Shown here: piece after piece, positions 60,703 through 64,000 of the stretch
Layout of the letters: each line of letters opens with the position of its first letter
Position numbering within the stretch: the stretch's first letter is position 1
DNA from: Ramazzottius varieornatus
Taxonomy: Eukaryota; Animalia; Tardigrada
Assembly: GCA_001949185.1 (NCBI GenBank)
Contig: BDGG01000013.1
Coordinates: forward strand, 1,380,617-1,444,616
Length of the DNA: 64,000 nt
Reading direction: 5' to 3'
Position numbers and translations under genes: made by a program
Notes under the pieces: generated by a model
Told to the model about the DNA's origin: nothing
The model's database searches: none
The model's input: the letters and a program-made list of their open reading frames with translations, nothing else

Positions 60703-63700
60703 ATGAGAGGCGCCACACCGAATCCTGCCTATAACTATCCTGGTCAACATCCACATCAAGCCGTCCTACAACGTCAAGCACCTCCACAAAGCTTCCAACA
60801 GCTGCAGCAGCAGCCTGTGTACCAGCAGGCACCTCCAGCATGGTATGATCCTAACCAGGCCACCAATACTCCCGGTTTAGGCCCCGTCAGCCACTATCCT
60901 TCTCCGCCAACAAACGCCTACCCTCCTCAGCAAGCTCCGCCGTCGACAACCTACGGACAGTATGTACAAGCTCCGCAGTCCAGCGGATATCCTCAGGCTC
61001 CGCAGCCGTCACAGATGCAGCAGTATCAACCTCGTCAACCTGCAAATGCCAAGCAAAGCGCTCTCCCTTACGGTCAGCAGTTTGTTCCTGCCCAACAACC
61101 ACCACAGCAACAAACGTATGTCCAGCCTCAGCCTCAACCTTTCCCTGTTCCTTCGCAAGCGCAAGCAGCACCGGTGGCTCCCACGTCCTTTACCGGAAGC
61201 CTCTTTACCTCCATCAATAACTCGGTAAAAAAAGGTCGTACCATAATATGCATTTGTTCTGTTAGGCCGTTCACGCGACTGATTGCCCAAAAATAGCTTA
61301 TTATTATTTTCACGTGTGTTTCCCGTTTTTGTCTGCGACGTGATGAAAATCAGTCTTGAAGTGTCTACGGAGTCGTGACGTCAAGTGCTGCAGCTGATTC
61401 CAAGCTGTCAATTTTCTGCGAATCATTCATGCTTGGAGACTATAAAGTGGTTTCTGGGATTGGTCAATTATAGAGCGACGAAGCCGCTCCTCCGTATTAC
61501 GCTTATCTTCTACGTTTAATTTGTAGGCAACATCGAACTCTGGTGGGTCGCATCCCTCGCAGAACCAAATGCAACAACTCTTCGAAGCCATCTCCACACC
61601 GGACCACGAGAAGCAGTTTGAGGAGTACCTGTCCAAATGGGAGACGTACTACACCAGCTACCGCGAGTACTGTCGCGTAGTCTACGACGCCGCCACCTTC
61701 GCCCAGTACGACAGGCAGTTCCAGGCCTACATGGACTACCTCAGCAAATACAAGACAGCCTTGGCCAATCGTCGGGCAGCTCGACCTCCTCCGCCACCGC
61801 CACCGCCACCTTCCAAACCTCCGCCCGCGCCACAAGCCAGACACCTTCCTCCAACCAACCACAATAACGTCTCCGGCTACCCAACAAACATACCCACGCA
61901 GCGGTACGCTCCGCCACCCACCGATTACGCAGCGCTGAGAGCACCGCTGCGCCAACCTCAGACTTCTTCCTTCGGCGAAGCCAGAAACCACGGCACGTAT
62001 GGCGGTATCCTCCCCACACCGACCTCAGCTCCTCAAATACGCTCGCAGCCCTCAGCCATCCCACACAATTCTGCGCTGTCCAATAAACCTTCCTCAGGCC
62101 CGCAGTTCTTAACGAAAGAGAATGCGCCACCAAAACCAGCCGATACATTCGATGGTTCCCGAGCTACGCAGCGCGTCGGTCAGCAGCCACAACAGCAGTC
62201 TTTCCGCACGCATACACCGCCTCGCTCCCAGGCTTATACCACGCCAGGTACGAGAATATACCCGAGTTTCAGTGACGCACATGGAGAATCTACCCCGTTT
62301 AGGTGACGCAAAGCTAGAATTCACGTTTCTGTACCCCGTTTCAGTGGCGCACGTGGTCTTCAACGATTCTTCTCATCCTCTCATGATTTCCTTTCTGCAG
62401 GCTCCGAAGGTTCGCCAGGGTCGTTTTTCAGGAAGGCCGGTGGGCAGCCGGAAGGGCCTCATGCAACCGCTTCCCTGCCAACGGAAGCGTCACGTGAGCC
62501 CAGTAGTGAGGGTGACGGATCCCAGGATGAGATTGTGGACGACCTGAATGGGTGGGGCGCTGAAACGCCGAGGACAACGAGGAATGGTATGCAGGGAAAT
62601 ACAGCCCGTCAAGCGTCGAGCTCTCCCACAAAAGCAGCGGACCTTGGAAGGCCTGTGTATGACGACGAGGAAGGCAGCGCTGAGTGGCTGCAAAAGCGTC
62701 TGCGCGAGGTACGGTGGAAAACCTTATCTGTGGTTGTTTGGTTCAATGTGTGTTTATCATCATTGCCTCTTTTAGTATACCGTGGAACCTTTCATCGATC
62801 CAGAGGCAGATGCCCGTTACGCCAAGATGCAAGAGGAGAAATTGATCGAAGAACTCTTCAAGTTACGAGACTTTTTACCGCGAGAACCCCAGTATGATAT
62901 GGGGCTGTTGGGCAGGAAACGATACAGCGACGAGCCCGCGCCGCAGCCCGTCGTTCAGCTGCGTCCCATGGACATACCCGAAGACATGGATCCCAATGTT
63001 GCTGCGGGATTCGATCCCAATGCTCGGCCACTACCCAAAGAGAAACCCAGGACGAACAACAAGGCCAAGGAGGGCAAAGGCTTCTTTGGCAAGAACAAGA
63101 TGCCGGAAGGTGAACCACCGAAACCTGCCGTTAAACCTCCACCAGGAAACTTGAGAGTAAGACGTATTCTAGAGATAGGGTGGAGGAGTTAGACGAGATT
63201 TGTCCGGAGTGTGCAGGCCTACCTTTGTCGAGTCGCGCATGTCGTAGGCTTAAATGCATGACATTTGCGCCACTCAACCTGGGCATGTCGCCCCGGCGAA
63301 GCAGCGCACGTAGAAGTAAGCTTGAACGCATGCCGTATGCGTCAGATTGCCAAGACGCGTTGACCGTTGAAGTTGCGCATACAGTAGGCTTAGAGACGAG
63401 ACTTTTAAGCCAGTTTGGTGTCACCGTTAGTAAAGTGACGAAAGTTTTTCTAACGGTTACTTGACGTGTGTCATGGTTTTGAAGGTACTGACGCAGCCTG
63501 ATGCAAGTCACGAAGACGAGGAGATCGACTCTGAGGTTCCGTTCAATCAGAAGAAGCAGCAACCAGGACTGAGGCCAGGCTTGGCTGGTTTCGCCCCACT
63601 AGAAGTCATGATGGCTGCTGGACTGATGAGGCCACCCAAGATGTCCTTCCCCGGAGGCTTCGGCGTACCGTTCGGCATGGCGGGAGCCAATGCAGCGTTC

Positions 63701-64000
63701 GCTTCACAACCACCAGCAGCTCGCGTAAGAACGGCTGTGCTACCAAGTGGCATTGCTCTGCTAACTCCGGGTTTTGATTGATAGAATGCAACGCCAGTTC
63801 GGCCAGCCAAACGTCCCACGAAACCTTCGAACCTGCCACCGGACGCAATGGAGAAGGCCGGTCATGCGCGGAACCTGATGAAGGCTCTAAGTCAAGACCG
63901 GCCGGTGAGCGTCAACGAGCTGCTGTGCATCATCAACTCGGTGAAGACGGAAGCCCTGCTGAAGAATGAGCAAGCGGAGCAAGAGCGCCAAGGCAACCAA
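60703..64000 (+). CDS. Pro/Gln/Tyr-rich multi-exon protein, divergent from TAF1, continues past window end; weak resemblance to YLPM1-type proteins
   Basis: Exons at ~60703-61235, 61527-62247, 62401-62708, 62777-63156 and 63485-end with GT-AG borders. Prion-like Q/P/Y N-terminus and a helical segment EKQFEEYLSKWETYY...QYDRQFQAY. Confidence 0.7.
63231..63346. repeat. Type A motif pair(s) in intron ~63157-63484
   Basis: AGTCGCGCA-N26-TGCGCCACT, plus a degenerate second unit AGCAGCGCA-N29-TGCGTCAGA. Confidence 0.72.

Overview
Compact, intron-rich eukaryotic DNA, most likely from a eutardigrade such as Ramazzottius. This is an inference from a SAHS/FABP-like gene, many ~55-100 nt introns and dense gene packing. 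Genes in order: 3' part of a GALNT10/pgant6-type GalNAc-transferase; a 4-exon FABP/SAHS-like gene (only part of it appears in the ORF track); a GM2-activator/ML-domain gene; VAMP4; a TMEM249/DUF4579-like gene with a probable long C-terminal exon; two tandem SLC17 transporters; a DBH/MOXD1-like gene that has lost 5 of 6 copper ligands; two identical tRNA-Glu(TTC) genes in inverted orientation; an M1 aminopeptidase pseudogene; a mucin-like gene with a 36-bp repeat; a gustatory-receptor-like gene; a CBM14 chitin-binding gene; a complete TAF1; and the 5' part of a P/Q-rich gene. Mobile DNA: two hAT-type MITEs with 8-bp TSDs, an intron-containing Merlin/IS1595-type element nested in a pogo-like relic, three CR1/L2-like LINE copies, and several TA-flanked MITEs. 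The most striking unexplained pattern is two families of short inverted motif pairs with near-fixed spacer length but divergent spacer sequence: type A AGTGGCGCA-N26-28-TGCGCCACT and type B ACCTGCATAC-N~30-GTATGCAGGT. They sit almost only in long introns. By eye, all 13 long TAF1 introns carry A or B, never both, and the two short introns carry neither. Exon boundaries were derived by hand and need RNA-seq confirmation.
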